Shown here piece by piece: positions 13,776 to 34,559 of a stretch of DNA of 64,000 nucleotides (positions within the stretch are counted from its first letter, which is position 1; each line of letters opens with the position of its first letter). Position numbers and translations under genes: made by a program. The notes below the pieces were generated by a model. That model was not told the DNA's origin. It searched no databases and saw nothing but the letters and a program-made list of their open reading frames with translations. Origin of the DNA: Guillardia theta CCMP2712 (Eukaryota; Protista; Cryptophyta); assembly GCF_000315625.1 (NCBI RefSeq), contig NW_005434657.1, positions 575,407 to 639,406 of the forward strand, given 5' to 3'.

Positions 13776-15597
13776 GTGGCCCCACCACCCCACCCCCTTC
13801 CACAAACAGCTTCGCGCCATTCATGGCTTCTTCACACACATGCTTGTTTGGCAATCAATGCAAGGTACATGATGAAAGCATTCGATTGTATCAATGCTGA
13901 AGATGCAAGCCTGATGTGCCATCATCTTTGCGTGAATGAATATGTTGATTCGGAAGGATACACCAGCTGTGAGTGTGAGCAACGTGGGAAAACAGCCATT
14001 CCATCAATTCCTCAAGATGCACTTGCTTGCAAGAAGTCATGTAGAAGGATCTAATCATGGCACAGAGTGGATGATGATGATGATGATGTGATTTTGATGA
14101 TGCTGAGGAGGAGGTGGTGGTGGAGCACGAGCTGGAGCACATGCAACAGGACGAGGACGAGGAGAAGAAGAGCAAGATGTAAGGGGACAGATAGAATCAG
14201 TAAGTGGAATCTGTAAGAGATTGGATGGGAAAGAGATTGGATCTGTAAGAGATTGGTCAACCCGAAGACCTCCTCTTGGAGTTCTGTAAGCCAACTGATT
14301 ACTTTGCTGTGTGAGAAGAGAGCATGTTGCTTGTCAGCTTCGGAGTTGAGCACGAAATCGCAGTCCAACCCCTGAGAAGATCAAGAGTTGCTGGCAAGAC
14401 GGGGGTTGGTTTCTTTGTACATGAGGAAATGCTCGCACCAGCAAATATCTTCGTTGCTGATAATGAAGCGAAAAAGCTACTTGAAGTTTCAGTCAAACAT
14501 GTCTCTAAGGTCTGGCGTCAGGCATGTTTACAGAAGGAACAACCACTCAAAGACTTTCGGTGGAAGATTGATACAACCATATATTGGAGTCCTACAAAGG
14601 TCTTCATAGATGAGGCGGCAGATGGTGTCACGAAACTCAGCTCGGGAAAGGATGCAAATCCGTTGACGGAAGAGAATTACATATGCATCTGCATAGGCAT
14701 AAGAAGATAGGATCGTGGGCAGCCTGACATATGTCACATTGAGTTGGGATGTCATCTGTAGATCCGTGAATACGGTTCAGATCCTGCTGCATGCAACACA
14801 TCTGATGGCAAGATGATCATATGTTCGTTGGTGTTCCGAGCCTGGAGGATTTGAAACGCAACATTGCAGAAAACAACGATTCAGTCGCAGGCATGCTGAA
14901 GGAGATTCCGGAGATAGGGCAACATGCGACAGAACACCAGGAACAGGAAGAGGAACCTGACCTCGGAGACGTAAAAGCTGGCGCACTGCTGAATCGAAGC
15001 ACTGTACAGTGTGTCAATGGCGATCGAGCTGGCGTTATTCACACTGTGACTCAGACTGCTCAAGCTGATCTGAAAACGATTCGAATTTCTGGTGAAGCGA
15101 AATGTTTCAACAGTGCATGGAATCTGTATCACTCTGGCAAACATGCCAAAGGGATACCTCCTTCGGAGAAACTGCAACGAGCAAATTTTAACAGAGCATG
15201 AAGCAAATGGTTTGCAGGCATAGCTTATCTCATGAAGTGCTTTGACCAATTCATCCGGCGAAGTGTAATGGAACTGAATTCCTTCTTTTTTATAGTCGGT
15301 GAGAATCTTTGATGTTTTAAGGCCGAGATGAAACATTCAAGAAATATCCAAAGGATTTCATCTCGTGGCTCAATCAGAGAGAAGGGGCAGAGAGCTCAAG
15401 TGATAGGAGTGGGCAGTTTGCACAGGCAACGTACTTCAAGAAAATGCGAAAGAAAGAAGCAACGCGACTAGATGAGATCAGGTGGTCGTTCGAAATGCGA
15501 ATGATAACGAGACTGATGGCTTAGATTTTGCCTGTAATTGGATGGTTTAAGGTTTGCAAAACATATACGAAAGCTACATTCGGAAACGAGTGATATC
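13776..15597 (+). pseudogene. Fragmented coding-like region, possible degraded transposon-derived gene
   Basis: Several same-strand ORF pieces (13776-14054, 14324-14710, 14821-15201) broken by stops, without clear intron signals, ending at a gap. Confidence 0.3.
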
Positions 15598-15842
15598 NNN
15601 NNNNNNNNNNNNNNNNNNNNNNNNNNNNNNNNNNNNNNNNNNNNNNNNNNNNNNNNNNNNNNNNNNNNNNNNNNNNNNNNNNNNNNNNNNNNNNNNNNNN
15701 NNNNNNNNNNNNNNNNNNNNNNNNNNNNNNNNNNNNNNNNNNNNNNNNNNNNNNNNNNNNNNNNNNNNNNNNNNNNNNNNNNNNNNNNNNNNNNNNNNNN
15801 NNNNNNNNNNNNNNNNNNNNNNNNNNNNNNNNNNNNNNNNNN
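15598..15842. other. Assembly gap (245 N)
   Basis: Run of n. Confidence 1.
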
Positions 15843-16442
15843 CTCTCAAAAAACTACAAAAGTGTATATATTTGTCCGGACTATATCTTACACCTCTAAT
15901 TATACATTGTTTATACCAGCTTATACTTGTTATACATTTCAAGGGTCAACCCTGTCCTTTCACTCATTACCCCCACCCTCACCTGCTCTATTTGACTACC
16001 CTACCTGACTATTTAATCTTGACCACCCCTACCCTCATTTACTCTGATGATGACCCTTTCAAAGTCATATCATTCTTTCTCACACTACCCCCTACCACTA
16101 CCCAGATTAACCCCACCCTGTCGGGGTGTGCACGAAAATGCAGAAATGATCACCTGACCAGTATCAGATGCTAGCGGCATGAAAGATCAATGCTCGAGCT
16201 TGTCTCTTTCCTCCGATCCTTTTTCTTCTCTGATGTTCCCTACTTGCTTGTGCTTGATCCGCTTTGTTCTTCGCTGGTATCCTTTCAACTGCCTCATCTC
16301 CTCCGCTATGCTATCCTTTCCTATTCAATCTTTCCTGTTGCTATTTCCTCTTTCTCAGCTCTTTCGCAGCTTCCCTCTCATCTCTTTCGCAGCTCTCCCG
16401 AAAATGTGCTTAGCTCCCCTCCTCGGTCGACTTCAATCCAAC

Positions 16443-16540
16443 CTCATCTCATCTCATCTCATCTCATCTCATCTCCTCTCCTCTCCTCTCTTATCATCTC
16501 ATCTCATCTCATCTCATCCCATCTCATCTCATCTCATCTG
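16443..16540. repeat. (ATCTC)n/(CTCTC)n microsatellite
   Basis: Pentamer run. Confidence 0.9.
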
Positions 16541-17589
16541 TTCATGTCTCGTTACTTATATCGCCTTTCTCCTCGTCTATGGTCTCCACTCGAATCTAAC
16601 ATTTTGATTGATATTTCTTGCCACCATAACTCCCAAGATTGCTTTTGATTTTCTTCTCTCTCACTGACTCACTGACTTGCTTGCTTGCAATGTTTTCCCA
16701 CGTTTGCTCAATCTTCCTTGTGTTGTTCTCTTCCCCTCCATACGCAGCCGTATTCCTCCCGTTCTTATGCCTGGGACTATGATTACATTATCCATATTGC
16801 TACAACGTATGCTTGCAATGCTACTTTGTCTGGACGGACATCGCGAAACTAATTCGCGAAACTAATTCAATGCTCGTCTGGCTGTGAGGTGACATGTTGT
16901 TCCTCAGCATGTTGCCCTTGTATTCTCTTGGATCATCTGCGATGCTCATGGGCGGAAGGTTATCTTTATTCGGGAGTGGATGATGTGAAGTGATCGATCC
17001 TCCCAGGCCTCAGGTCCTGACCTCTGGTCCTCCCAGCCTCGCCGGACACATCATCTTCATGGTATCCTCGCAAGCTGCCATGCTATGCAGACTCCTCACG
17101 TTGCGCCTTGGTAGAACGGTCAGCCCTTTATGCTGGAGGAGTGCTCGGGCTCGGATGTCTACTGTAAAGCGTCGAAAGCTTCTTATCTCCTGCTGAAAAT
17201 GTTGCTGCCAGGCAACGCTTTGATCGGTTACGAGCCTCTTTCCGAGGGAGCCGATGGCCCTCACAAGTAAAGAGACGTCTGGCTCGGACGTGGCTGGGCT
17301 GACGTGGACGGCAGGTGGAAGACTCCCTATGACGTCGATCCTAGCTCCGTGAGTGCTCGTGATTGGGTGGTTGACCATGTGACCGTCCTATGCAGGTGGA
17401 ACCCTGGCTTTTCAATATCGGCGGCGGAATCTACTAAACTCCACGTCTTGTGTATTAAGCTCATTTAAAAAGTCACGAACGGCGCAATTTTCAGCATTTA
17501 CACATCTTGGCATAAACGATTGATGTTGCATGACTGATGCATAATTCACCTTAGCAATCCATTGTTTTTCTGTATCTTCATCCATGACT

Positions 17590-24974
<7,385 letters not shown>

Positions 24975-26177
24975 GATGTAGCAATATGAAACAATTCACA
25001 ATTTGCCAAAAATTCCAGAGCCAAGATCAATATTTGTCAGATAGACAAGAACTTGCTCAGGGAATTTGAAAAAGTTCAGTGAGTATACATTTCCCTCGTG
25101 CTGCTTTGTTGCAGACCAAGAGAGACTATGCACCTGCTGACGAACAACATCAGAACAGTGCCAAGTACAAGATATCAGAGTCAGGTATAAGGAAGAGCAA
25201 CATTGTACGCCAGATACACATGAACAAATGAGTTTAAACTGGCAAAGTAAAGAAACCACACTACAAGGAGTTGCACCATACCACAATTGAGGCAAGTCTG
25301 TTACATATGACAGACTTGTGGATCGTGTCTTGAGGATTGCATAAGTCAGACAATAGAAGGTTGATTAGGCGGTGGATTCCATGGAATGCAGCACGAGGTT
25401 TGTGGAGAAAGGTTCAGTCTGATGGGGGTTTGAGAGAGAGCAAGCAGTAGGATCAGAACAGGAATCAGCACACAAGAAGCCAATGAAGATAAGCATATGA
25501 ATATGAGGTGGTTATGCATGAAGAGCATGGAGATGCGCGCAGAGTAGCCACTGCAAAAGAGGAAAATGCGCATGCGCCGGTGTGCCGCGGCGGGAAGGCG
25601 GCTGTCGAACTAGCTCTTTAAACTTTGAAGATTTGAAATGAAATTTGAAATGTGCGTTTCAAGCCTAGAGTTCCAATTTCAAGCATCGCAAAGTTGAGGG
25701 CGGGCTCGGATGTTTTGATGCCAAAAGCAATTTTAAAGGTCAAATTTCAAATTTAAATTGATCTTTGAAATCATATTTACAAAATGCTGCGGCAGGGCCG
25801 CCCCGGAGTCTCAGTGGCCCGGGCCTCGGAGGCGACTGAGCCGACTGAGCCCTGAGCCCTCACCCCGCGGCCGCGGTCCGGCCGGCCTCGTCAGTGACAA
25901 CGCCGCGGGGCGAGTCCTCAGCGGAGTTGCCCAGGCCGTCCCGGTACTAACAGTGAGTATTTCGGAACTTGGAAGTGAGTCGCCGTGACAACCGTCGTTG
26001 AACCTGACCGTTGATCAGTGATGCACCGGGCGCGGCCAGGCATTGAACTTGACTGGGTCGACGTACTAGGTGGCTTACTGAAGGCGTGATGTATGGTACT
26101 ACGGGGCTCGCAATCCTCCACTGTATCGCGAGCAAACAGCGGGACCGTGGAGACAAACCCGGCCCGTGACAATAGCT

Positions 26178-28519
26178 TTAAACACGTTTGTTGACTGGTG
26201 ACAACAGTGCAACTGTTTCAATACAATCGAACACGGAACTTGGAAGCACCATCCTTGTTCCGACGTCTGTGAACCGTACCTCATAGTGGAGCGCCTCCTC
26301 GACCGACAACCTATATCCCAATCCGAAAATTAGCGCACATCGAAACCATAGAAGGGGATCATGGCGCAAGCAGACACCTTGTTCAGTTTAGACTTGAGCT
26401 GTCCGCATCCGGCATCGATGTCAATGCCTCGTCGTACCCTAAGAGCACTGAGAACACAACCTCCCTACACAGCCCACCCCTTTACCTGGTAGTGGCGGTC
26501 ACTCCGTACTTGGACAAGATCTTGATGAAGATGTCACATTCCGCCGCCTTGGTCGGCTTCCCGTCGAAACCTTGAATCAGGCTCAAGGAAAAAGAAATTG
26601 TCAGCTCCTCTCTGGAAGTGACAAACCAGCAGTAGGATTCAGAGGGATGAGATTGACGTGACACATCTTGTTAAGGCCCTGCGGATTGAAATCATTCCAC
26701 TGATACCAATGCGACTGAGTTCAACTTTGAGAAGGTGTCCAAGCTTATTTGCCACCTCCGGTGTATCATTCTGCAAATATTTAAATTCAAATATCATTTT
26801 CCCATTGTATACCTGGCCGGCGATCAAGGCCCACTCGAACGAAATTCTCCTTCCTGGATTGTGGTCAAGCACAAAGCTTGAAGACGATGTTCTCTACCAG
26901 TCTTCTCGACGTAGAACTTGCAGGTTTCCATGAGATCGGCCAAGGGAAAGCGCAAGTTGACTGGCATGATTGCGTTTCGTTCTGCAGACAAAGAAGGAAT
27001 CACAGGTATTATTGCAGAGATTACAAGCACCTTCATCCGAAGCTGCATGCAGACTGACCGCAAGTTTTATCTTGTCACCCAGTGTCATCAGAAAATAGTA
27101 TCGAACATTCATCACCTGCATGTTTTCTTCTGCTAGTCGGCGGATCCTTGGAACAAGTCCTACGGTGCTGATAGTTATGTGCCGGGCTCCTATCCCCAGA
27201 TCTTGATTGATACGTCGGACTGCCTGCTCGGAGGTCAGTTCCCAAAACGCGTGTGAAACTGACACGGAGACAGTGTCATGACATGAAGAAGCGGGGATTG
27301 TGTGTCGATTGAACCAGATGGAAACCACATACGAAATAGACGATAAACCGAAGTGAAGGATTACCTCCATGACATTGTTGTAATTGCCGAGTGGCTCTCC
27401 CATCCCCATCAGAACGACATTTGAAAGCCGTTCTCCTTTGCTCAAGAGCTGAAGGGACCAATTAAGATCTACATGCTGCAATGGGAAAACAAACGACTCT
27501 CACCTCAACATGAAATCGTTGCACCTGTTCCAGGATCTCGACTGAAGTCAGCTGGCGTGCGAAACCCATCTGTCCAGTTGCACAAAAAACGCACCCCATC
27601 GCACATCCCGCCTGCATTGCACGTGAAAAATATTGCACTGATATGGAAACAAGCACCTGAGACGAAATGCAAGCTGTTCGCCTCCCGTCATCGTAAGGCA
27701 TCAATACAGACTCAATCATTTGTCCATCCTTGAGCTGCTCATTGACATGAGCATCTGAGGAGCACCAGAAGAGGCTACCTTGTAGGCACGTTTTATAGTT
27801 CCATCCTTGCTCACCTGCTCAACTGCAATCTGCCATCCATCAAGGGTTAGCCGAAGTTTGGTAGGTTGGTTTCGAGCAGAGCATGATGCGAGGTGATAGT
27901 TTGAGACAAGAGAGAATAAGCAAGAGCACGAATGGAGTACACAACAAAGAAGGATGAAATGGGAAGCACAAATCTTGGATTGCCTCTAGGTTGCCAAGAA
28001 CAGCTTTTTCGGCGAGTTTGGCTCTCAGCCCCTTTGGCAAGTCTTGCATTTTGTCGAAATCAGTAGCTCCCTTGACGTTTATCCATTGCCAGATCTGCTT
28101 CGCTCGAAATCTGCTAGCACGTTAAGTCACAGTGACTACATCAACTCAGAACTTCACTTGGGCTCTCCCCAGTCAAGCAGCAGCTCTTCCATTCTTGTCT
28201 GGTTGAGCGCATACAGATTCACTTTCCCCTCCAAGTCTGCAGGCGCTTCCATGGCATCGTCCTTTCTGAGTTGCTCTTCGATCTCTTTGACCTTACCGGA
28301 CATGCTCCGCATTCCCACAAGAGACAGTCGAGCAAGCTGGTTGCGGTTGGGCAGGGAATGTATCATCGTTGGTAACTGCACGTTCCTGTTGCATACAACA
28401 TGACGGCGAAGTGTGAAAGTCGCGTGCCCTGTGTATGCTCGTGCTGTCGACACTATCATCGAGGTGAAGGCAAACCGCATGATGGTGAATGAATGCAGAT
28501 GCAACGACCTGGCCTTCAT
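26178..28519 (-). CDS. rlmN: RlmN/Cfr-family radical-SAM RNA methyltransferase with N-terminal targeting extension; 3' end approximate
   Basis: IESVLMP..TACISSQ|[13 protein letters not shown] (CxxxCxxC), [53 protein letters not shown]. Confidence 0.92.
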
Positions 28520-29062
28520 CCCCTGCTCGGCCCCCTGTGACCATTATCACATGATTCTTCTTTGCTCGACTCTTTCAAGCTGCGTGCAAGTAGAACAGTC
28601 CTCCCATGCATGCTATTCTAATAGTCAACTACTCTCTGACCGATCATTAGCGATTGAGAACCGCCAGGTAACAGGCAGAGTGCATCGCAACACTTTGTGT
28701 AATCCTAAACCCTCATCATCTCTCTTTGGTCCACCCCCTCCCGCCTCGCTATCTCAAGTGAACTCTTGCAATCATCGTTATGTCTATCCAGGTCCTCCTG
28801 TCCACACTCCTCCTTCAACTCCCTCCCTCCCTCCCTCCTCTCCCTCACTTCCTCTCCCTCCCTCCTCTCCCTCCTTCACTTCATTGTACACGATATGCGT
28901 CCCCTGCAAGTAAATGTGACAAGCCCGCCTCAGCGATTGTAAAAGGCAGCAAGTTCTTTCGCTTTTTCTGATAGTGAGACATCGCTGTCCTGTAACCTCC
29001 ACGTCTCATTCGCCCGACAACTGGGCAGGGAGGAGGGAGGGAGGAGGGAGGGAGAACGGGCG

Positions 29063-32000
29063 ATGGGGAGGGAGAGGTATGCGCAGGATGGGGTAGCTTT
29101 CCTGCGGCTCCTGCTCCTGCTCTCTTCCGTCTGGTCGTGTGTGGGACAGCAAGTGAAGACCCGCAACCTCAAGGGCCCGGCGTCGCAGCCATGGAAATGC
29201 AAGCCGGTGAAGATACAGGGGAACTGGCATGGACACTACCTGCATGATACAACTTTCGTCAAGTGGGAATGCGAGATGACGTCATCAGTGCAACAGGTCT
29301 ATCAGGCCACAGTGAACTACCGGCCATCGAGCGAGATGTTCATGGACGTGAACAATGTCTTCGGCGTAGCCAAGTCTCGAACTTCCACCGGAACAGTGAT
29401 CTTTCTCGGAATGTTCGACAAGGTGGATGACTGTGAGCTTGCCTGCTTCCGATATTCGTCAGGAGGAGCGAAGTGCAATGCTTACTCGTGGCATCGACCG
29501 GCATTTGGGTCTCATGAATGGCGGCGGCAGTGTTTTGCTGTCGTCGATGGCCACTGGGTACCTCATCAACAAAAGGGAGTTGTGAGCGGGCGAGTGGTGC
29601 GCCACAGCACTTCCATGCAAGATGCAGATGGTAGAGGATGTGTCGATCGCTGCAGCGGTCATGGAGTCTGTCAGAACACGACGGGAACATGCATCTGTGA
29701 CACAGGCTTCTCTGGTTTTGACTGCAGCGTGGAGGTGGCCTGCGACTCGGCGACAGTGGGAGGAAGGTGCTACACTGTCTTCGAGAAGAAGACTTCATGG
29801 AAGAAGGCGCAGGAAAAGTGTAAGCTGGGAGGAGGAACGCTGGCGATCCTGCAATCGAAAGAGCAGCAGAATGCGCTGCTCGGAGTGTTTGGAGGATGTA
29901 ATAGTGCGTGGATAGGTCTGAATGACATGAAGGAGGAGGGATCGTACGTGTGGCAGGATGGGCCCCGTGCCACATGGTTCAACTGGGCAAAGAATGAGCC
30001 CAACAACAAGGGCAACGAGGACGTGGTGTTGTTGCGGAAGGACACCAAGCAGTGGTATGACAGCGCCGGGAAGGCCGGGATGGCAGACTGCTATGCTTGC
30101 TCCTACAAGGAGGGACAGAGCAGCGCACACGGAGAGGAAGCGTCCTCCTGCGCGAGAGACTGCTCGGGACATGGAGTGTGCGGCGCAGTCACGGGGATGT
30201 GCACGTGCGAGGAGGGATATTTTGGTGCAGATTGTTCTAAGAAGACACCCTGCGAAGGGTTCACCCTCGACCAGATGTGCTTCGTGGTGTACCCGGAGGC
30301 AGGAAGTAGGACAAAGGCTGAGGAGAAGTGCCGCAGCAGGGGAGGGCAGCTGAGCGGGGTTTACTCGCACCAGCACGAGCAGAAGCTGCTGCAGCTGGGC
30401 AGGGCGAAAGGATGTCGGATGCAGGAGATGTGGATAGGGCTGAATGACCAAGAGCGGGAAGGATCGTGGGAGTGGTCTAGCAGGGAGATGAGCGACGTGG
30501 ACTACGTGAACTGGCTGCCGTGGGAGCCCAACAATGGAGCGGCCGAGATAGGAGGACTCTCGCAAGAAGAGGAGGATGGGGTGGTGATGGACAAGTTCGG
30601 CTGGACAGACGTGAACATCGCGCGGAGCAACATTTCCTGCTTCGCCTGCGAGTTTGCAGGAACTGGTCTGCACGAAGCATCCTCAGCCTTGAGCCGACAT
30701 GGCGAGAAGGCTCTTGACTCGCCCGTCCTCTTCAACTTCTTCGCTCCTGACTTGGACCCTGTCCTTCGTCGTGTCTCCTGCCCTCCAGGGGTCGGCGAGT
30801 GTGTCGACGATGAGGAAGTTGGGGACGCAGAGCCGTTTGTGTGCTCTGCTCACGACCCCAACTATATAGACGAGGAGGAGGCCGAGGCGGAGGAGGAGGA
30901 AGAGGTGACTCCCCTGGCCAAGACTTGAAGTTACTGACATGTTGATCGTGGTGGCAGGGAGCAGAAGCTGAAGGACAGGAGGGAGATGAACAGGTCATTC
31001 ATGCCCCTCTTGGTTCTGCCCCTGACATCTCGCCTCGCAGACACTGGAGGAGGTGGTGCAGGAGGAGGAAGACGCGACGAACATTCCTCCAGCAGCTGTA
31101 GTAGAGCTCCCGCCCAGCAAGTGCCGAGGGCCCCTGCCTCTCATGAACACAACAGCGGAGCGATGCTGGCGGTCCTGCTTCAAAGTGCAGGAGAGGTTCG
31201 GGGAGGCGGCGGGCGACAACTGCAGGCAGATGTGTGTGAGGCTGGCCGGGTTGATCAACGAGGACATGGTGCTGGTGGCTGCAGGGGAAGGCCAGGACGT
31301 GCTGGACTTCTATGCGGGAGTGAACATATCTGACCCCTCCAAAGTTGGGACTCAGGGGAGCGAGGAGGAGAAGCAAGTCAGGACAGAAGCGCTGGTCAAT
31401 AACGTCTGGGCGGCGGCTGTGCATGTCGGTCAGCACGAGAAGGCGGAGAGAGCGATCACGAAGCTCCTGCAGGCGCATCCCAACTTCCTCATGCTCCACT
31501 ACACCCTCGGGGTTGCGCTGATGACTCAAGGGAGACTGCAGGAGGCGAAGTCGTGCTTCCGTCGCTGCATGGACAGCGGGGCTGTGAAGGCTCAGTGCCT
31601 CACGAGCATGGGCAACATCCTCCTCAAGCAGGGCCACGTCGAGGAGGCGACGCGCGTCTTCCTGCTGGGAACTTCTTCATTCCCCAACTACCCTCCGCTC
31701 TTCAGCGGCCTTGCAGCAGCAAGACTGCAGCGATCCAACCCCGAGGAGGCGTTCGCAAGCGCCCTGCGTGCTGTCCGTCTCCGCCCTTCGGTGGTCCACT
31801 ACCGGCTGCAGGCAGCCCTTGCAGCCAGAAGGTCAGGCAACTCGACGGCAGCGATCGAGATCCTCCAAGAGGGGCTAAAGCAGCCGGGAGGACGCGACGA
31901 GGCGGCGCTGCACGTGGTGATCGCAGAGGTAGCGGAGGGGATGGTGGAGGAGCTGCAGAACAGGCGGTCACTGCGGTACCTGGAGGCGAACCTCTGCTCC

Positions 32001-32840
32001 GATCGATGTGCATGGCAGCAAGGAAATTCCTCCTTGCATGGCGGAAGGATCCCCCTGTTCTCCGAGTCAGCTCGCATGGCACTGCGATCTTATCGTCTTG
32101 CTATCCGTAGCCTGCGAAGGCTACGGGATGAGGTGAGAAGATGGAGGGGAGGGAACCACGGAAGGCAAGAAGGAAGGGAAGGGAGGGCAAGAAAGGAAGG
32201 AAAGAGGGAAGGGATGCAAAACGCACTTGAAGAGAAAGAATTGCTTGGACAAGTTTCGCTCTGACTCGCAGCAGGCTGAGAGGTGCGAGGAAACGTTCGG
32301 GAACGAGACAGTGATGAAGTGCGGCCGCGCTCCTCCTCTCGTTGAGATTCTTCGCCTTCGGGCGTTGATGGCGAACCTGCTGGGAAAGCTCGGGGGATGG
32401 GAGGAATCCCTTGCCATCCACTCCCAGATCCTCGCGCAACGAGCAGGTCAACCTGCGCTCTTTTTCCCTCCCTCCCTCCCTCCCCTCCTTCCCCTCCCTC
32501 CCCTCCCTCCCCTCCCTCCCTTCCTCCCTCAACTCATACGCAGGCTTTGTTCCTTCTCTTTTGGGAAAGGCATCGGCTGCTGCAAACTTGCAGCAGCACA
32601 AGGTAATATGTCTTCGAGGAAGACGACGAGATTGAGGATGAGAAGAGGAGAAGAGAGAAGAAAAGATGAGAGCGAGGAGGAGAAGAGAGGAGGAAATGAC
32701 AGCAGTTGGCAGGTGGTTGGGGAGGCGATCGAGATTGCGATGCAGCAAGGGATGCAGATGAATCAAGCTCCCTCTGAGACTCGAGTGCTCTACGGAAATG
32801 CGCTGCTCGAGCATGCGAGATCTCTCATTCAGGTATATAG

Positions 32841-32937
<97 letters not shown>

Positions 32938-34448
32938 CCTTCCTTTTCCACTCCCCCTGTTCCTTCTCAATTTGCTTTTGCTCCCCGATTTTCTGGTGTT
33001 GCTTTTACGAGCTGATTTGGGTACAAGGAGGGGAAGCTCCGAGAGTCGCTTCCTTTGCTGAGAACAGCGATGAAGGTGAGGCGACTAGATGATACAGAGA
33101 GGGTCGAACGAGAGGAGTGGGAGAAGCAGGAGGCAGCGATGAGATTGCGGTGGCGCACGAGGAGGAGGGAAAGGAGGGAAAGAGAAAGCAGGAGGGTGAG
33201 GCAAAGGTGATGAATGAATTTACTAGGTCGATTCCTCGAGGACGCTGCCGTATGCTGTAGATGCCTGGCGTCTCCTGTGCCGGGTCTACTACAAGCTGAA
33301 GCATCCTGAACCAGGTCTCTTCCTCCTGCTCAACCCGCGTGTCTTCTCTTGTCTTCCCTTCCTCCATCTTGTTGCTGCTGTCGTCTCCTTCACGTCTCCA
33401 ACTCGCTGACTCTCTGCCAGCGACCTATGCCTGTAGCTGGAGTGTCAAACTCTCCCCACAGGCTGTGGAGCCTCGACAAGCTCTGCAGTGGGCTGAGGAG
33501 GAGGTGAGGGAGGGACGGGAGGAGGAAGCGGCTGATCTCGTGGAGTAGACGAAGGAGCTCCGCAGGCAGAGAGAGTTCAGAGAGCGAGCAAGGCAGCGCG
33601 AGCAGAAGGAAAAGCGCAAGGCGGAAGAGGCGAAGAAGAAAGTCGAGGAGGACAAGTGGAAATATCAGGTTCTTTCCTGCTCGATCCTCTTACGCTGAAG
33701 CCTCCTGTCAGTTCGGAGATGGCAGTTGGAGGGAAGGGAAAGGAGGAGGGCGAGGAAACAAGAAGGGGAAGCAAGGAAAGTCGCCTTCGCAAACCAAGAA
33801 GGTTCCTCGGTTGTTCCCACCCCCTCGCCTCCTCCTCCTTCCTGTGACCAAGATTGCAGCGGGTTGTACGACATCCTCGAGCTCAAGCCCTCCTGCACGC
33901 GTAGCGACATCAAACGAGCATACCACAGGTGGGAGGGAGGAAAGGACAACGGAGGATGAGCTGGTGGTGGTGATGGTGCTTATGGTGGTGGTGATGGAGG
34001 AGGGGGAGGGGGAGGGAGAAGGAGGAGAGGGGGAGGGGGGGTGGGGAGATTGCTAGTGCGGATTCACGCCTTGACGACCACTCAGACTGTCGCTCAAGTG
34101 GCATCCAGACAAAAATCCTGACAACCCAAATACGCCAAAGAGGTGAGGGGAGGCGGAGGAGCTGGTGCAGTGTGAAGGGCTTGAGGATGGGAGGGGAGAA
34201 AGTAGGAAGACGAGGGGGGGCGGGGGGCGGGAAGGATGAGAAGAAGGGTGGGGCGGGGAGGCAGAGGAGGTTCTCTGAGCTATGGAGCAGAGACGAGAGG
34301 AAGGAAGCAGAGTCCAAGTTTCTCCTCATCGTGCAGGCCTACCAGGTGCTTGCTAGTCACGTTGGCAGCGTCTGACGTCGAGTAGGAGCTGCTGCTACGA
34401 CATGAGGATGGAGCTGCAGATGACGACGTTCACTGCGTTAACTGCTAA
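29063..34448 (+). CDS. Secretory-pathway multidomain protein: signal peptide, PAN/apple-like, EGF, C-type lectin, EGF, C-type lectin, acidic linker, TPR repeats, coiled coil, C-terminal DnaJ domain
   Basis: Exon 1 has FLRLLLLLSSVWSC, CSGHGVC..C.C..GF.G.DC twice, WIGLND..EPNN twice. GT-AG splices join it in frame to the TPR exon (about 31041-32131) and onward to LYDILELKPSCTRSDIKRAYHR|LSLKWHPDKNP..|EAESKFLLIVQAYQ|ELL..NC* (stop 34446-34448). Confidence 0.8.
32842..32940. repeat. (GCTCCT)n microsatellite, intronic
   Basis: About 16 hexamer copies. Confidence 0.95.
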
Positions 34449-34559
34449 GCAGGAGGAGGGAAAGGGAAGGGGAGGGTGGGGGAAGGGGAGGAGGACGAGG
34501 ACGAGAGGTTTCTATCCTTCATTCATCGCCCTCGACCTCATTGTCTGAGTAAAAGAATA

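Noticed and set aside
15538-16174. ORFs spanning N runs
   Set aside because: Artefacts of translating through assembly gaps.
16990-17400. 122-aa minus-strand ORF downstream of RPB1
   Set aside because: No recognisable motif or splice support; cannot be distinguished from chance.
29063-30928. Stand-alone 621-aa secreted lectin as given by the ORF track
   Set aside because: Its stop lies inside a plausible GT-AG intron with a CTGAC branch site, and splicing continues in frame into the TPR exons.
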